A DNA stretch of 64,000 nucleotides from the human T2T-CHM13v2.0 reference genome, Homo sapiens: NCBI RefSeq assembly GCF_009914755.1, contig NC_060940.1; one strand, 5' to 3'. The translations under genes were made by a program, and so were the position numbers. Positions 13,661 through 27,890 of this stretch are shown here, in pieces. A model generated the notes under the pieces. The model was not told the DNA's origin and ran no database searches. It was given only the letters and a program-made list of their open reading frames with translations. Position 1 is the first letter of the stretch. Each line of letters starts with the position of its first letter.

Positions 13661-13920
13661 ACAGCATAACACATTGGTGCAGAGCACTGGCATTCCAACC
13701 AAGTTCAACCAAGTGCAAATCCTGTCTCTCCACTGACTAGTTGTGTGACTGTTAGTTACCTACAAACACCTCTGTGCCTGTTTCCCCATCTATAAAATGG
13801 AAGTAGTAATAGGATTTATTTCATAGGGATGCTGAGAGAATGAAATTAGTTAATATTTGCCAAGCACTGAGAATAGTACCTGCCACATACTAAGTTCTAT
13901 ATATATGCTTGTTAAATAAA
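13661..13920 (+). mobile_element. MIR, near full length
   Basis: Core CTCTGTGCCTGTTTCCCCATCTATAAAATGG and MIR tail. Confidence 0.8.
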
Positions 13921-14223
13921 TCAAAAAGTGTTTATGACTTTGAAGATTTACATTAGCTATAGTTACCATAGACTTTCACTGTAGATTGAAACTCTTGTGG
14001 ATTTTGACTTTTTCCAGTCACTTTTCACTACTTCCTAGCACCTAAGGAAGTGCTTCCTTTTAGAATAGTCTCATTAAAAGAGGCTTTTCAAGGAGGAAAT
14101 TAAGAGAAGTACTTCAGGTGCAGTGACTTTTCTGGCCCCCATTTCCTCTCCACCTGCAGCAATGGGGATAATCTTAGTCCCTACTTTCCAAGACATTTGT
14201 AAGAATAAGGTGTTGTACATAAA

Positions 14224-14586
14224 TAGGGATTGGCAAGCTTTTTCTGTAAAGGTCCAGACAGTAAATATTTTAGGCTTTGTGGGTCATATGATTTCTACTA
14301 CGACAGCTTAACCCCGCCTTCATAGCCCACAAGCAGCCATAAATAATAGGTAGAGATGAACACAGTTCATTGAATGGATGAATGAACATAACTGTGTTCC
14401 AATGAAACTTTACTTATGGACATTGTGATTTGATTTTCATGTAATTTTTATGAGTCATAAAATATTCTTTTTCTGAATTTTTAAAAATTATTTAAAAATA
14501 TGTCAAAACAATTCTGAGCATGCCGGCTGTACAAAAAGAAGCAGTGGATTAGACTTGGCCCATGAGCCATAGTTTGCCCACCCTTG
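14224..14586 (+). mobile_element. MER58 hAT-Charlie MITE
   Basis: GGGATTGGCAAGCTTTTTCTGTAAAGGTCCAGACAGTAAATATTTTAGGCTTTG...CATAGTTTGCCCACCCTTG. Confidence 0.88.
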
Positions 14587-15420
14587 TCTGTAAATATTTG
14601 GTACAATATCTGGCACATAGTAAGTGTTCATTAGCTATTGTTAACTTGTTTGTTATTACTATTAACAAGGGAGCACTGGACATTAGTTCTGCAACCTGTC
14701 ATTCTATAAGCACCAGAAAATCAGTTCTTGCCTGGGCCTTTACTTTTTCCTTTTGTCTTTTAAGCAGCTGAACCTGACCTAGGTAGGGGCTGGGAGTTGG
14801 GGTGGAGATAGAAGAGGAGGGCTGTGTGAAGTTAATGCCTTGGTTCAACGGCTTCCTAAACATCCTGACTGCTTGGACCAAAAACTGCCAGCTTGAAAGG
14901 GGCTTTATAAATGGAGAGCCTGTAAAGCAATTCAGAATCTGATTTTGCTGCAAAAGCATGATTTTAACAGATCTGTAGCTTTTCCCAACCTTTTAACACT
15001 GTCTCCTGTGAGTCCAGAGATTTTGATCTTGTAACTAAATTGACTCTGTCGCAGGTTTGCCATCCCCCTGGGTAAATTCTCTGACATGCACAGCTTCAGA
15101 CCAAACCCCCTTTCACAAAAAAAAAATAAATAAATAAATAAAAAACCTCTTCTGTACCCAGTCATCAGTCATCCCCTATTTCCCTTTCTCCAAATTGAAA
15201 TATTTTTTAAAATACTATAATGAATGTCAGAATCAACTCCCTTTGGTCCTAAACCTAGTCTTCTTTTTTTTTTTTTTTTTTTTTTTTTTTGGCAGGAGAA
15301 ATTTCTGTTTAATCCTAATGCTAATACTTAGAAAAGTCGCAGCAGATTTAAAATGGTTATTTGCCTCATGTTAGAGATCTATTGTGTTTCGTGGTCAGTA
15401 ATCAATAGGTGGCAATCAGG

Positions 15421-15537
15421 TCTTTCTTTCTTTTTCTTCTTTCTTTCTTCTTTCTTTTCTTTATTTCTTTCTTTCTCTCTTTCTCACCCTCTTTCTCTCT
15501 TTTTGTCTTTCTTTCTTTTTTTATTTTTCTTTCTTTC
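15421..15537. repeat. CT-rich (TTTC)n tract; T27 run nearby at 15264-15290
   Basis: Direct inspection. Confidence 0.9.
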
Positions 15538-18407
15538 AAGACAGACTGTTGGAGAATCCAACAAGACATGATTTCCAAATAAAGAGCTCAAAGAGTCGCT
15601 TGGCCGGGGCTGAAAGTGGCAGCTCTGGAAATGCAGGCTTTTCTGGATGGAGCAATATTGTCCAAATTCTACAGAGGAGGGAAGAGGCTGCTCTGCTGTG
15701 TTCCAGTGCCAGCATCCCTCCGGGCATATGCCTGCCCACAAAAGCTGTGCTCACGCATGATGAACACAGCCCCGGGGGCTGGTTTTATGGAGCTGAAAAT
15801 GCATCTCATCTTCTAGAGTTGAGAATAGAATATGACCAGGAATGAACATGCCTCTTGAGTAACTGAGAGAGAGGGAGGTAGGAAGAAGGAAAGAGGAAAA
15901 GAGAGGGCTGGGGAGAGGAGATACAGAGGGAAGAAATGCAGAGAGAACTGAGATGAAAAAATAGAAGAAACAAGGAGCAAGTGCCTGAGGGGCTAGAGAG
16001 AAAGCAAGAGAAGGTGGATGAGAAGGGAGGCAGGGGAACTGCAAGCCTTCAGTCCTTGTACCTTTTAGGATGTAGGGACACCCAGAGAACAGCCCTCAAT
16101 AAGATCTGGAAAGAAGAGCTGTCACCACAGACTTAGAAAGTAGGTGTATTTTTTTACAAATCCAAAATTCCTATATCCCATAATCATAGGTGTGTGTTGA
16201 GCAGGGCAGATTTCCTTTCCTAATCTCTGTTTTCTCTTTCAGAATAATAGGTTATTCCCCTGTCCTGAGTTCTGCTTGAAAAACTGAGAGTTCTAGAACT
16301 TTGCAAAAGCTCCTCTATTGTTCCAAGATGAGCATTTTTCTGGGGTGAACTGGGCAGAGGTTTGACTGGCAAGCAGCTCTGGGTGTACATTTCATCCAAG
16401 AGTCTCATGGTGGTCGAAGGAGATCCCCAGATGCAAAATCAAAGTTGCTTGGATTTCCATTTCTTCCCCATCTAGGAAAAGGGCAATGGAATCAAAGCCT
16501 TTAAAAAATGTAGTAAGAGAAAGACTCTCTAATTGATCAGAACCTTCTGGCAACCAGCACTTTGGCCCATCTACTGAAAAATACTTTATCAGTGTCTTTA
16601 GTAAAGGCCCCCAAGATGCACAATACATTTTTGGTTGTTGAAATAGAGTGTCTTCTAAGTCATCAAGTAAAAGAGAAATTCTGCTCAGAAGACTTTTGGA
16701 TAGTACCCAACATTTGGTGAGGCTTACTATATTACATGCATTACCTCGCTAAATCACCACATTAGAACACTTACAGGTAAGTCTTATGATTATAATCATT
16801 TTATAGTCATGGAAACTGGATGTAGAGGGTAGGATAACTTGCCCAGGGTTACAGCTAAGGATTGGACAAGTTGAGATTTGAACCCCAGCATGTTCATCTG
16901 GCATGAGAGGGCTCGTGCTTAATCTCCAAGCTATAACACTTTCTTGCACAAAGGTGTGTGTTTGCAGAGGAACAAATATGAAGATAAACAGAACAGAGAT
17001 ACCCTAAGGGAGCTCAGAGTGTTGTCTAGTATATATGAATAATGTGTGAGTAAATAAAAAGAGAGGAATGGAAGGTGGTGCTATGCAATGAGGTATCCAG
17101 CCTCAGAGTGCTACTTTGTATTAAGCCACTTCATCATCTCATTTTAGTACAGAAGACAGACAGAAAAGAAAGAAAGTCTCCTTCTCAGGGAGGGCTTTCT
17201 GGAAGTGAGGTAGGGAGTGGTATATGTAAGCCAGGTTCTAACAGGTGAGTAGGAGTTAATGGGAAAGAGGTTCAGATGGGAAGGAGGCTTCAGAAAGAGG
17301 AAACAGGATGTTCAGAGGCATGGAGTCACAAACACCATGCAGTTTCAGGGATTAAAAGCAATTATAAATGCCCGGAACATTCATTGCAAGATCAAGTGTG
17401 GTAATAGTTCGGGCAGAAGAAGTAGTCAGGAGTCAGAGTTTAAATGGCCTTGTGTATAATACCAAGAGTTTGGACTTACTAGGGCCTTCCTGAATCTGCC
17501 TTATTCAGAAGCATCATATACACATCTGTGAGGCAGGATAATAAGACTGGTAGAAAATGAAGTTATTGAGACCAAGAAAATAGCCTTTTATGCACAGCAG
17601 GAACAACCAGAAACACAACCTCGATGTGGTGAAAGCTTGAGTTTATGAAAAAGAGAAGGCTTATATCACTGTTTTCTTAAAGGATGGCATCCCAAATCAG
17701 CAGTATTCTTTTTTTCTTTTTATTTCTTCCTATAACTGAGCTTTCCCTAAACTGATGATTTGTGATTCACCTGCAGAACAGGAGCTTGGGATGGGGTAGA
17801 TGGCATATCCTTTTGAGAGCTGAGGGTGGCAGGGGGTGATGTGGCCAGGCTTTGAGCAATCCTTTTATGTTTTAAGAACAACATTTCCACCCACAAGGAT
17901 AGGATCTTGACAGCCACCCTACAGGCAAAACGTATTGGACCAAAGAGAGACAAGACACATGGCTTAAGTTAGTTTAAACAGATTCTCTTTACCAGAAATG
18001 TGAATAAAATAGGAACTCAGAGATAACCACATAGTCTCTGTGAACTGGAGATTTTGAAGGACATGGTAAAAGCTTAGAAACTCTGGAACAGTCATATTTT
18101 TTATATAGACTAAGAAGCAGAAAGAACTGCTGTATAAAGAGAAGAGTCATAGATGCTCAGAGAGAAGCAGAGATGAGTGGGAGCACTGCCTGGACTCCTA
18201 GCTGCTTTCCCAGTTTTTGAGAGCAATTTCTTTCTCAGACTCAAATATATTCCTCACCTCGGGTTCCATGAGACATTCATATTCTTAGTAAATCTATATT
18301 TTTTTGCTTGAGCTTTCTTAAGTTGGCTTCTGTTACTTGAAACCCAGATAGTTTTGACAGTACCTAAATCAGAGTCCCCACCTGCTAGTGGCCACCAGGA
18401 ATCATAA

Positions 18408-18802
<395 letters not shown>

Positions 18803-19860
18803 TAAATAGCATGAACACACCCCATTTCTAGGACCTTTTCTCCAATCTGGCTTGCCAGATACTCCTCAAATGCCTCATTGATCAATCTGGTGCTGAAGCC
18901 ATGGCTAAAATGTAATGGCTGAAGCTATTGGTTTCATCACCATGGATAGCCCTCATTAGATTGTCTTCCTCCTCCAAGAAGTTTTCTTAGATCCCTCAGC
19001 CCTCACATATCCCTTCCTCCCTGCTCTTTGAGTGAACTTCACTTGCACATATATTACTACACTTACAACAGTTAGTCTAGAGCCATAATTGAATTTGTAC
19101 AGCTGTCTCCGCCTGCAGATGGTGAGTCATTTGAGAAAAGGATCACATCTTACTTGTTTCTATTTCTCCCATAGTTATTATTACAAAACCTTAAAACTAC
19201 AATCCTTTCAATGAATGCCATTAAAAAAAATTTTAGGGGAAATTTTCACCAATGTATGTGGCTCATGTTGAGATACGATTTTCTCAGCCCCCTTCTGACA
19301 TCATTTGAAGGAAAATGGAGTGAATTCTATGAATGGGGCTTCAGTTTGGAGCCTGCAGTTTCCCCCACATTAGTTTATGTTTAGAGATGTGTCAGTTCAT
19401 GGGAACAAGGGGAAACAGTTGCTTCGGCCAGGGTGCAGAAGCCAGGATCTCCCATGGGGGCTGGCAATCCTGATGTTATCTCTTTTCTCTGGACCAGCCT
19501 GCACCTTATTTCTTTTACATCACAATGAGGTGGAGATTCTAGAACTACCAGGTGAGATTGACTGAAAGGATTCACCTGCCTTTACTCCCAATCTGAATAG
19601 CCAAACCATATACAGCCACAACACACATTTCAGCATCTACCTAAAGATGAAATCTTCAAGCATCTGAGTGGCTCTGAGCCTCAGGGCCAGTATTAAGGCC
19701 TTTTAACCAAATTTCTCTCCCAAGCCACCATTGCAATGAAGGAAAATAGGGTTGTCCACAGTGAAATCCATTGCTCTCTTCAGAATACAAAGGAGGGGTC
19801 ATTTGTGGAGAAATACAAAACCAAGGAGTAAGTCAACTGAATTGTTAATCAAATGGGCTC

Positions 19861-20227
19861 TGCTATGGTTTGAATGTGTCTCCGAAGTTTATGTGTTGGA
19901 AATTTGATCATCAGTGCAGAAGTGTTGGGAGGTGAGACCTTTAAGAGGTGATTAGGTTGTAAGGGCTCTGCTCTCTTGAATGGATTAATGCCATTATTGC
20001 AGGAGGGGGTTCCTTATAGAAGGATGAGTTCAGCCTCCTCCCACCTCTCTTGAGCCCATATGATGCCTTCTGCTAGGTTATGACAAAACAAGAAGGCCCT
20101 TACAAGATGCCAGCACCTTGATCTTGAACTTCCCAGACTCCAGAACTGTAAGCCAATAAATTTCTGTTCTTCATAAATTCCCCAGTCTCATGTATTCTGT
20201 TATAGCAACACAAAACAGACTGAGACA
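19861..20227 (+). mobile_element. MST (MSTB/D-type) MaLR solo LTR
   Basis: TGCTATGGTTTGAATGTGTC...CAAAACAGACTGAGACA with perfect 5-bp TSD GGCTC. Confidence 0.9.
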
Positions 20228-21106
20228 GGCTCTCCCCAAAATTTTAGATGTTTCTCACTTTCCTGTAGTACAGACATGTCACAACCTTACAGGAAATAAT
20301 TCAGTGACATCTGGCTTATCAAATGGTCTTCCTAATTTATTAGTATTCTCTGTTCCTGAAAGAAGGGAAAAGATCATCTCAGAGTTTGTGTTAAAGTTTT
20401 AATTTTAAGCCCCACCCAGAATCTTTCCAGAGAATATTCCATAACGAAGCTTTCAACTTAGGCTCTTAGAAAATTGTAAAGGAAAACCTAAACCCACCTC
20501 TCTGAATCTTTGTGAAAAGTACAGATGCAGTCATTAAATCCTTTTCATCCTGATTAGGGCTTGCTCTGTGTATCTTAGTAGACCTTCCAGAAGCCAGAAC
20601 TGGTGAAGGGTGACTTGGGGCATGAAGAATGAACAGACATTCTAATTAACAAATATTTGTTGATTTCCTACTCCGTGTTCAACCATTTTCTAGCTTCTGT
20701 GGGGGAAATAAAAGCAAGTGTAGGACAAGCAGCTAATTATTTTTGATACTCGTACACATTCCAAAATTTTCAGTTTGTGAAATGTTTTCACTCAATTAGT
20801 TCACTTAATACTAATAACTATTTGATGAGACAAGCAATATAAGAAATGCCTTCTTTTGATAGGTGAGAAAATTGAGGCTCAGAATGGTTAAGGTGCTTGA
20901 CCAAGGTTCACATGATGCATAAAAATGGTGAGGGAGGAAAAATTAGAATCCTAGTTTGATTCTTCTTGGTGCACTTGTCTTTCTATCCCCTATGCCTCCG
21001 CTTAACCTACAGGAGAAGACATGCTGTAAAAAATAAGGCAAGGCTATGTCTGATGGATTTCTAGACTGCACAGTCCAGTAGATTACATGAGAGGATCAAT
21101 AATGAA

Positions 21107-21396
21107 GACCAGTTGTGATGGCTCATTCCTGTGATACCAGCACTTCGGTTGGTCAAGACTGTAGGATCACTTGCACCCAGCAGCTCAAGATAAGCCTGCA
21201 CAGCACAGGGTGAACCCGATCCCTATGAAAAATAAAAATTAGCCAGCCATGGTTGTGTACCAGTGATCCCAGCTACTCGGGAGGCTTAGGTGGAAGGATC
21301 ACTTGAGGGAGGTCAAGGCTGCAGTGAGCTATGATAGAAAACACCACTGCACTCCAGCTTTGGCAACACAGTGAGCAAGATCCTGTCTCAAAAAAG
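21107..21396 (+). mobile_element. Degenerate AluJ
   Basis: Both arms recognisable (CAGCTACTCGGGAGGCT, GCAGTGAGCTATGAT). Confidence 0.88.
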
Positions 21397-21634
21397 CAGA
21401 AAAATGAAAAATTAGGGGGAGCCAGAGGGTCATGGAAGGTTTGAGGAAGGACAAGTGTCTTGAGTTGGACCACAAAGAGTGAAGACAACATTTCCATGAA
21501 AGGAATGGAAGCAATGAGAAGAAGAAAGTTTCTCAAGGATGCTGTTAGTTTCCCAGAGTATGAGACTCAGAAAAACAAAAATGGAAAATGCTGAAGTCCA
21601 TTAAGAAGAGGCTCTCAGAACACTTTTATTCTGG

Positions 21635-22225
21635 AACATAAACTAGTACTACCACTAAGGAAAACAGTATGGAGATTTCTTAAAGAACCAAAAATAGAAT
21701 TACCATTTGATCCAGCACTCCTACTACTGGGTATCTACCCAAACGAAAGTAAGTCATTACATGAAAAAGACACATGCATGTGCATGTTTATAGCAATGCA
21801 ATTCTCAATTGCCAAGATATGGAACCAACTTAAATGCCCATCAACCAACAAATGGATAAACAAAATGTCATCTATATAGTGATAAAAAGGAAAGAAATAA
21901 TATCTTTCTCAGAAACTTGGATGAAGTTGGAGGCCATTATTCTAAGTGAAATAACTCAGAAAAGGAAAATCAAATATCATATGTTCTCTCTTATAATTGG
22001 GAGCTAATTTATAAGGATGCAAAGGTATAAGAATGTCATAATGTACTCTGGGGACTCAGAGGGGAAGGGAGTTGAGGGATAAAAGACTACATATTGGATA
22101 CAGTGTACATTGCTCAGGAGATGGGTGCCCTAAAATCTCAGAAATCAGCACTGAAGAACTTAATTATGTAACCAAAAACCACCTGTAACCCCCAAAACTA
22201 TTAAAATAAAAATTAATAAATTAAA
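21635..22225 (+). mobile_element. L1PB-type 3' end
   Basis: ORF2 end and 3'UTR (GGGATAAAAGACTACATATTGG...GTAACCAAAAACCACCTGT) followed by an A-rich tail. Confidence 0.88.
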
Positions 22226-22245
22226 GAAGAGAAGAGATCTTCAGG

Positions 22246-22470
22246 GCTGAGGATTGCTTGAGGCCAGGAGGTCGGGACCAGCATGAGAAACACAGCAAGA
22301 GCCTGTCTCTACCAAAAAAAAAAAAATTTTGGCCAGGCTTAGTGGCACATACCTGTAGTCTCAGCTACTTAGGAGGCTGAGTTTGGAGGATCAGTTGAGC
22401 CCAGGAGATTGAGGCTGCAGCTGTGATCATGTCACTGCACTCCAGCCTGGGTGACAGAGCGAGACCCTGT

Positions 22471-22522
<52 letters not shown>
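22246..22522 (+). mobile_element. 5'-truncated AluJ with a (GA)n tail (22474-22522)
   Basis: Alu body followed by ~24 GA units; TSD AGAGATC(T/C)TCAGG at 22233-22245 and 22518-22530. Confidence 0.9.
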
Positions 22523-22525
<3 letters not shown>

Positions 22526-24014
22526 TCAGGAAGCAGGGCTGGGCAAGCTATCTCCAGCACTCCATCCTCCAAGGTGCAGAGGATGCACAATTGCCACTAG
22601 CCCTACCTTGAGTATAATGCAACTTTTGTAGTGTGGTGATGACTAGAGGATGGGAAGTGGTAGCAGAGAAATTAGTCAATCTTTGACACTGGAGAGAGAA
22701 TTTAGGGAAGGTTCTATTTCTTCTCTCCTGAATTTCTCTGCTAGCTTCTTTCCTTCAGGTTAGCTCTCCCAGCAACAACATTAAGGTCAAGAGGCCAAGT
22801 AGAATTTTGTGGAGAGTCTGGGCCTCTCATTGGATACGTGGAGGACCAGTTTGCAGGGTCTCTGTTCTCTATCTTCTAGAGCTGATATCCACTGAACCAA
22901 AGGGGCAGTTGAGTTGACCTTGAGGTAGAAGGGCTTGAATCACCTATTCCTGAGCTTCCCAGCTAGAAGAATTTATTGCTGTCATCAGAATACATAAAAA
23001 AGAGTCAAGGTCAGAAAAGCAGGAGTCTGTTCTCTGCCTCCCCCACCTGACCCACTTCTCCACAATCCACCTGCTTCAGCTACCTCAGGCCTGATCCCAG
23101 CTGCCAGACTCCAACGGAGTCAGATCCTCAAATTGCCAGGAGATCGCTATCCAAACTGTCACCCCCTGATCAGAAAAGAAGGAGTTATGTAAGTAACTGA
23201 CAGCACCTGAGCGATCTCTCATTTGGATTAAATCAAGTTCTTTAAATATTTATAAAGTTCTGGTATCTGAAATAGCCAGTCTTTGCCTTGCACGTGGGCT
23301 GTTGAAATATGGGCCTGGTGCATTCTAAACTGAATACTCATCTGAACAGTCATATATTTTGTTTGTGCATGAGACTGTGTGTGACAGTGTGTGTGAGTGT
23401 GTGTGGGTGTGTGTATGTTGAAGAACCTATTGCATTATGTTAAATATCCCAAGGGCTTGGTGTAGAACATGACTGGAATGAATACAGGACGAGAATAACT
23501 TTTTTCTATCTCATTAGATGGTCTGAGTTTTGAAATCTGCTCTAAAAGTGTGGTAAAGTGTGCAGTGTTGTAGATTAATGCACTGAATACATTTCTACAG
23601 TTCTTGATGTGTTTCATAAAAGGTCCATTTCAAAAGTGTGCTGTATTATAGGTGAACACTCGCAGTAAATAATCTTGTTACAGAAACCTAAGCAATTTTT
23701 ACAAGGCGTATTTCTGGCTGACTGAACAATTTATTCTCCAGATGTCACATTGTATTTTTCCAATATAAAATGAAACAGCTTTTTTTTTTTCTTTTAAGGC
23801 CGACTGTGCTGCTTTGTCTGAATCTAGAACAAAGGATCAGCCCTTAAGGAGGCTGATGCGATGTTAAAGCCCATCACTCTAAAATTGACACCACACCTGG
23901 GAAGAGCAGGCAGCACCATCACTGGCTTTCCTGTTCAAGAATGACACCTGTCAATCAGGCAGGACATCCCCTTGGGTCATCCAGTCCAAGAAAACTCACT
24001 GGCTTCTTGAAAAG

Positions 24015-24260
24015 CCAAAGAGAACAAGAGAAAAGGGATGAGGAGAGTGAACAGAGGGGAGGAGGGAACAATAGGAAAGGGAGGAGAGGTGAGAATAAAG
24101 AAAAGAGGGAGGAAAAGAGAAGGAGAAATTGGAAGCAAAGGTAGAATAATGAGAAGATGTGGAAGAGCAGGTAGAGGCAGAAGAACAGGTGGGAGAAAAG
24201 GAAAGAAGACAAATGAGGAGAAGAAGAAGACAAGCAGTGTAAAAGATGGTTAGAAGAGAT
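24015..24260. repeat. GA-rich low-complexity tract
   Basis: Purine-rich strand, which explains the spurious ORFs here. Confidence 0.85.
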
Positions 24261-24751
24261 GGGAAATACAAGAGAAATATGCAAAATTCTGCCGCCACCA
24301 GAGGCAACATTTGCCAACTTTTTTGCAGAGTGTTAAGCCCATGAAACGCTCTATGATCAAACAATTTTGGAAAACAGTGAATTTATGTATACCCTCTTTT
24401 CTTGGAGTTTCACAATGCATGTTAGCAGATTAAAGGCTCTGAGAAGTCTTGCTGGAAAGAAACCTGTTTTACTTCATCGAATCCAGTGTTTCCAAGCTTA
24501 TTTGAGCCTTAAACCTCTTTTTTTTTTCTTGCAAAGCATCTGTGATCCTTCCATGATTTGGATACATTCTCTTACAGGTTTCTGACACATCCATCACTTG
24601 TTATGTTTAGAAAGGGTGGACCATCCATGGCCTTCATATCAACGTATGAAAACCAACATACCCTCCAGCAAGCTCTACGGCTATATGACCCTTATCCACA
24701 GCAAGTCCCTGGGGAAAATTATTCCTTAACATGGTGTTGAATGCTGACAAG

Positions 24752-25160
24752 GTATATCAGTCAGCTTTGGCTAGGCAAGGCTACAGTAACAAACATTCCC
24801 CAACTTTTCAGTGCCTTATGGAGGTCCATTTCTCACTCACTTTATTTGTTGCTGCAGCAAAGTGAAGGCTCTGTACCTCTGCTCCACATGTTTTCTGCAA
24901 CCTGAGATGCAGGTCTCATGGTTCAGGGAGAAGAGCACTGTGAATGAACCATACAAAGTCTTTTAAAACTTCTGCACACAGATATTGTGTGTCACATTCC
25001 ATTGGCCAAAGCAAGTCACATGACCAAGTTTGAGGTCAAGAGGGCAGGAAAGTACACTTCTTCAGGGAGTACTGCAAGTCACATGGCAGTGGGTGGGGAA
25101 AGTATAAACCTCCTACAGGGAGGAGAGTGAATAAAGGAGAACAATAACACAGAAACTACA
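24752..25160 (-). mobile_element. MLT1 (H/I/J-type) LTR
   Basis: CACATTCCATTGGCCAAAGCAAGTCACATGACCAAG motif. Confidence 0.75.
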
Positions 25161-25205
25161 TGGAGGTTAGGGGAGAAAGCTATGGTCTATTGGTATGTCT
25201 GTTAG

Positions 25206-25482
<277 letters not shown>

Positions 25483-25746
25483 CAGGGGCTTCTTATTTTA
25501 GGTTCAGCCACCTCATGGTCCCAGAAGGTGAAAAAAATTAGACAAGGTCCAGAAATGGAGCTGGTGCTGTGGTAGATGTGTTAGCAAATTAATGAATGCA
25601 GGTGAGTCCCACTGCAAGAAAATTCAATACATGAAAAGTGAGTTTATATTATGACTTAAGTGATCTGAGAAGACAAAGAGACCTTTGCTTAGCAAAAGAT
25701 TTCCCAGCAAGGGTCCATTGAACAGAGTTGTATTTAATTCGATGCA

Positions 25747-25824
25747 TTAAATTGGGCCATATAAAATAGCCATTATTGAGGATAAAAAAATTGCCTATCA
25801 GCAATTTCATGTGGCTCAACCTAA
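25747..25824. mobile_element. MADE2-like mariner MITE (~80-bp hairpin)
   Basis: Arms TTAAATTGGGCCATATAAAATAGC and GCAATTTCATGTGGCTCAACCTAA, 18/24 complementary. Confidence 0.65.
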
Positions 25825-26364
25825 CACAAAAATGTAATTTATAGGTGTCTCATCAGAAATCATCATCAAGGTTGGCCAAAAGGTTTCATGTTGGGTGCCA
25901 ACCTTGACTGACTGGGGCTGTTGAGAGATTTCTGAAGTGGCTTCTTGTCTCAGCAGGAAAGACCTCTAAGTCGATATGTGCCATCTACTCTGAAATCAAG
26001 GCATATGTGTCATGCATTTGCCATCCCTGATCTCCTGCAGTGGGGTATGGGGTACAGTCCCCTTTTCAAGCCATTAGCATTTCAGTAACAGTCCCTGAAA
26101 GTAGGACAGATGACATCCACATGCCAAACTCAAAGGATTTCTGCTGGAGTACGAATAGAATCTTATTGTAGGATGCATCATGGACCACTCAAAATTTCCC
26201 CTCTTAGGAAAGAACTTTATTTCTGGGAATTAAAGAAAACACTAAAAACAATAATCTATAGGGCAGGCAAGCCATGAGAGAGAAAGAGTTACCCAGGTGA
26301 AAACCATCTCTTTGGAGTTTTCCACTTGAGCTGTCTTCCACAGCAAACAGGTTTGCTTCTGCAA

Positions 26365-26660
26365 ACACAGCAGGGTCTTTGCACTGGATGTCCCTCCACA
26401 TGGAATATTCTTCCTCTCAATAGCCACATCTCTCACTCCCTTACTTTTTTCAAGTGTGTGCTCAAATGTTGCCTGTGCAGAGAGGCCTCCCCTGACCACT
26501 TCACATGAAATAGTTACCCCTGTCACTCTTGGTTTCCCTTAGTCTGCTGTATCTTCCTTCAGAGTCCTTATGCCCATGACGTGACGAATGATGTGGACTT
26601 ATAACAGACACACAGTAAAATACTCTTGAGGTAGTGAATGAGTGAGTGAATGAATGAAAT
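26365..26660 (+). mobile_element. L2 3' end
   Basis: CAGGGTCTTTGCACTGGATGTCCC...GAGGCCTCCCCTGACCAC...(TGAA)n end. Confidence 0.75.
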
Positions 26661-27169
26661 CTGATCAGTAACATAGTGGTCCAACAGAATAGGAACATTT
26701 TGGAGAAGCAGCCTTTCATATACAGATTTATTGTTGAAAAATTGAATTCTGAGTAGTGATTTCAAAACTATTTTTGAATCTGTGAAATTAGACTAGTCAA
26801 AAAGGAATAACCTAAAATTAGAAATAATTTCAAAGGCATGAACAATAGGATGAATAATGAAGAAAACTATCCAATGAGTGAAGTAGAAGACAAACTTGAC
26901 AAAAGCAGCCTCATCTCCAAAGAGAACAAAGAGTTTGAAAATGAAAACAAGAGAGAAGAATGATGAGCGGGCACCCTAAGGAGGTGCGGTTTAAAAGTAA
27001 AGGGAAGATCAAAAAGGAAAGAACAGAGGAAGCAGAAACAAAAAAATCAAAGAAAATAATAATAGAAAACTTGTTTGAGCTAAAGGAAAGTCTGAATCTG
27101 CAAACTGAAAAGGTTTTCTGAACACCAGGCATATTAGTAAAAATGAGTCTTTTAAAAATCTGACTTAAT

Positions 27170-27380
27170 TTTAGGACTTACTGTGTGCCAGTCACTGCGT
27201 TCAGTGGTCACAATACATCATCTCATTTAATCCCCACAACCATAGGCAAGGTTGTACTATTATACCCATTTTGCAGATGAGGAAATGGAGGCCTAAAGAG
27301 GTCACGTGAACAGCCTGAGGTCACGTCGACAGCCATCAGCCAGGTTTCAAGCCTCCCTGGCTCCCAGGCCTTGCTCTGAC
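27170..27380 (-). mobile_element. MIR
   Basis: CCCATTTTGCAGATGAGGAAATGGAGGC core. Confidence 0.8.
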
Positions 27381-27656
27381 CATCCCGCCAGTCTGCTTTT
27401 TGATTATGTGAAAGATTCAGTACAGACTTCCAGGAAGCACACTGCAGGCCCAGGTGCTAAATGGGTGCCTATAATGCTGGCAATGAGGAATATACGCTGC
27501 CTTCCCTCAGAGAGCTGTGTGGGCTTTGAGTTGATTTTCCAGGGGTGGGGATTTTTTCACTGAGCCATTCTCTCTCTCTCTCTCTCTTATCTTCTACCCT
27601 CATTGCCAGCATCTATGAGCAAGGTCAAGAGGGCAGTATTTGTTTCTAGAGCAAAT

Positions 27657-27890
27657 CACAGTGTGGTGGTTAAGCTTGCCTTCCAAAGCCAGGCTGACTG
27701 GGTTTAAATCCTGGTTCTGTCACCAACTAGCTGTGTGACTTTTTAAAAGCTAATGAACTTCTCTGTGCTTCAATTTTCTTATCAGAAAAAAATAGTAATA
27801 TCTAACTCATAGAGTTCATGTAAGGATTAAATAAGTTGAGACACGAAGTCCTTGGATCAGTGCCTGGCATATAGGAAGCAACCATACACG
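27657..27890 (+). mobile_element. MIR
   Basis: CTAGCTGTGTGAC...CTCTGTGCTTCAATTTTCTTATC...CAGTGCCTGGCATATAG. More MIR/L2 relics lie near 1010, 2600, 2950, 16800, 20850, 30550, 42550, 45950, 62350 and 63450. Confidence 0.8.

Noticed and set aside
23941-24364. Cluster of ORFs on both strands
   Set aside because: Artefact of a GA-rich low-complexity tract lacking stop codons.
25747-25824. miRNA-like hairpin
   Set aside because: Explained by the degenerate TIRs of a mariner MITE; pairing is imperfect.
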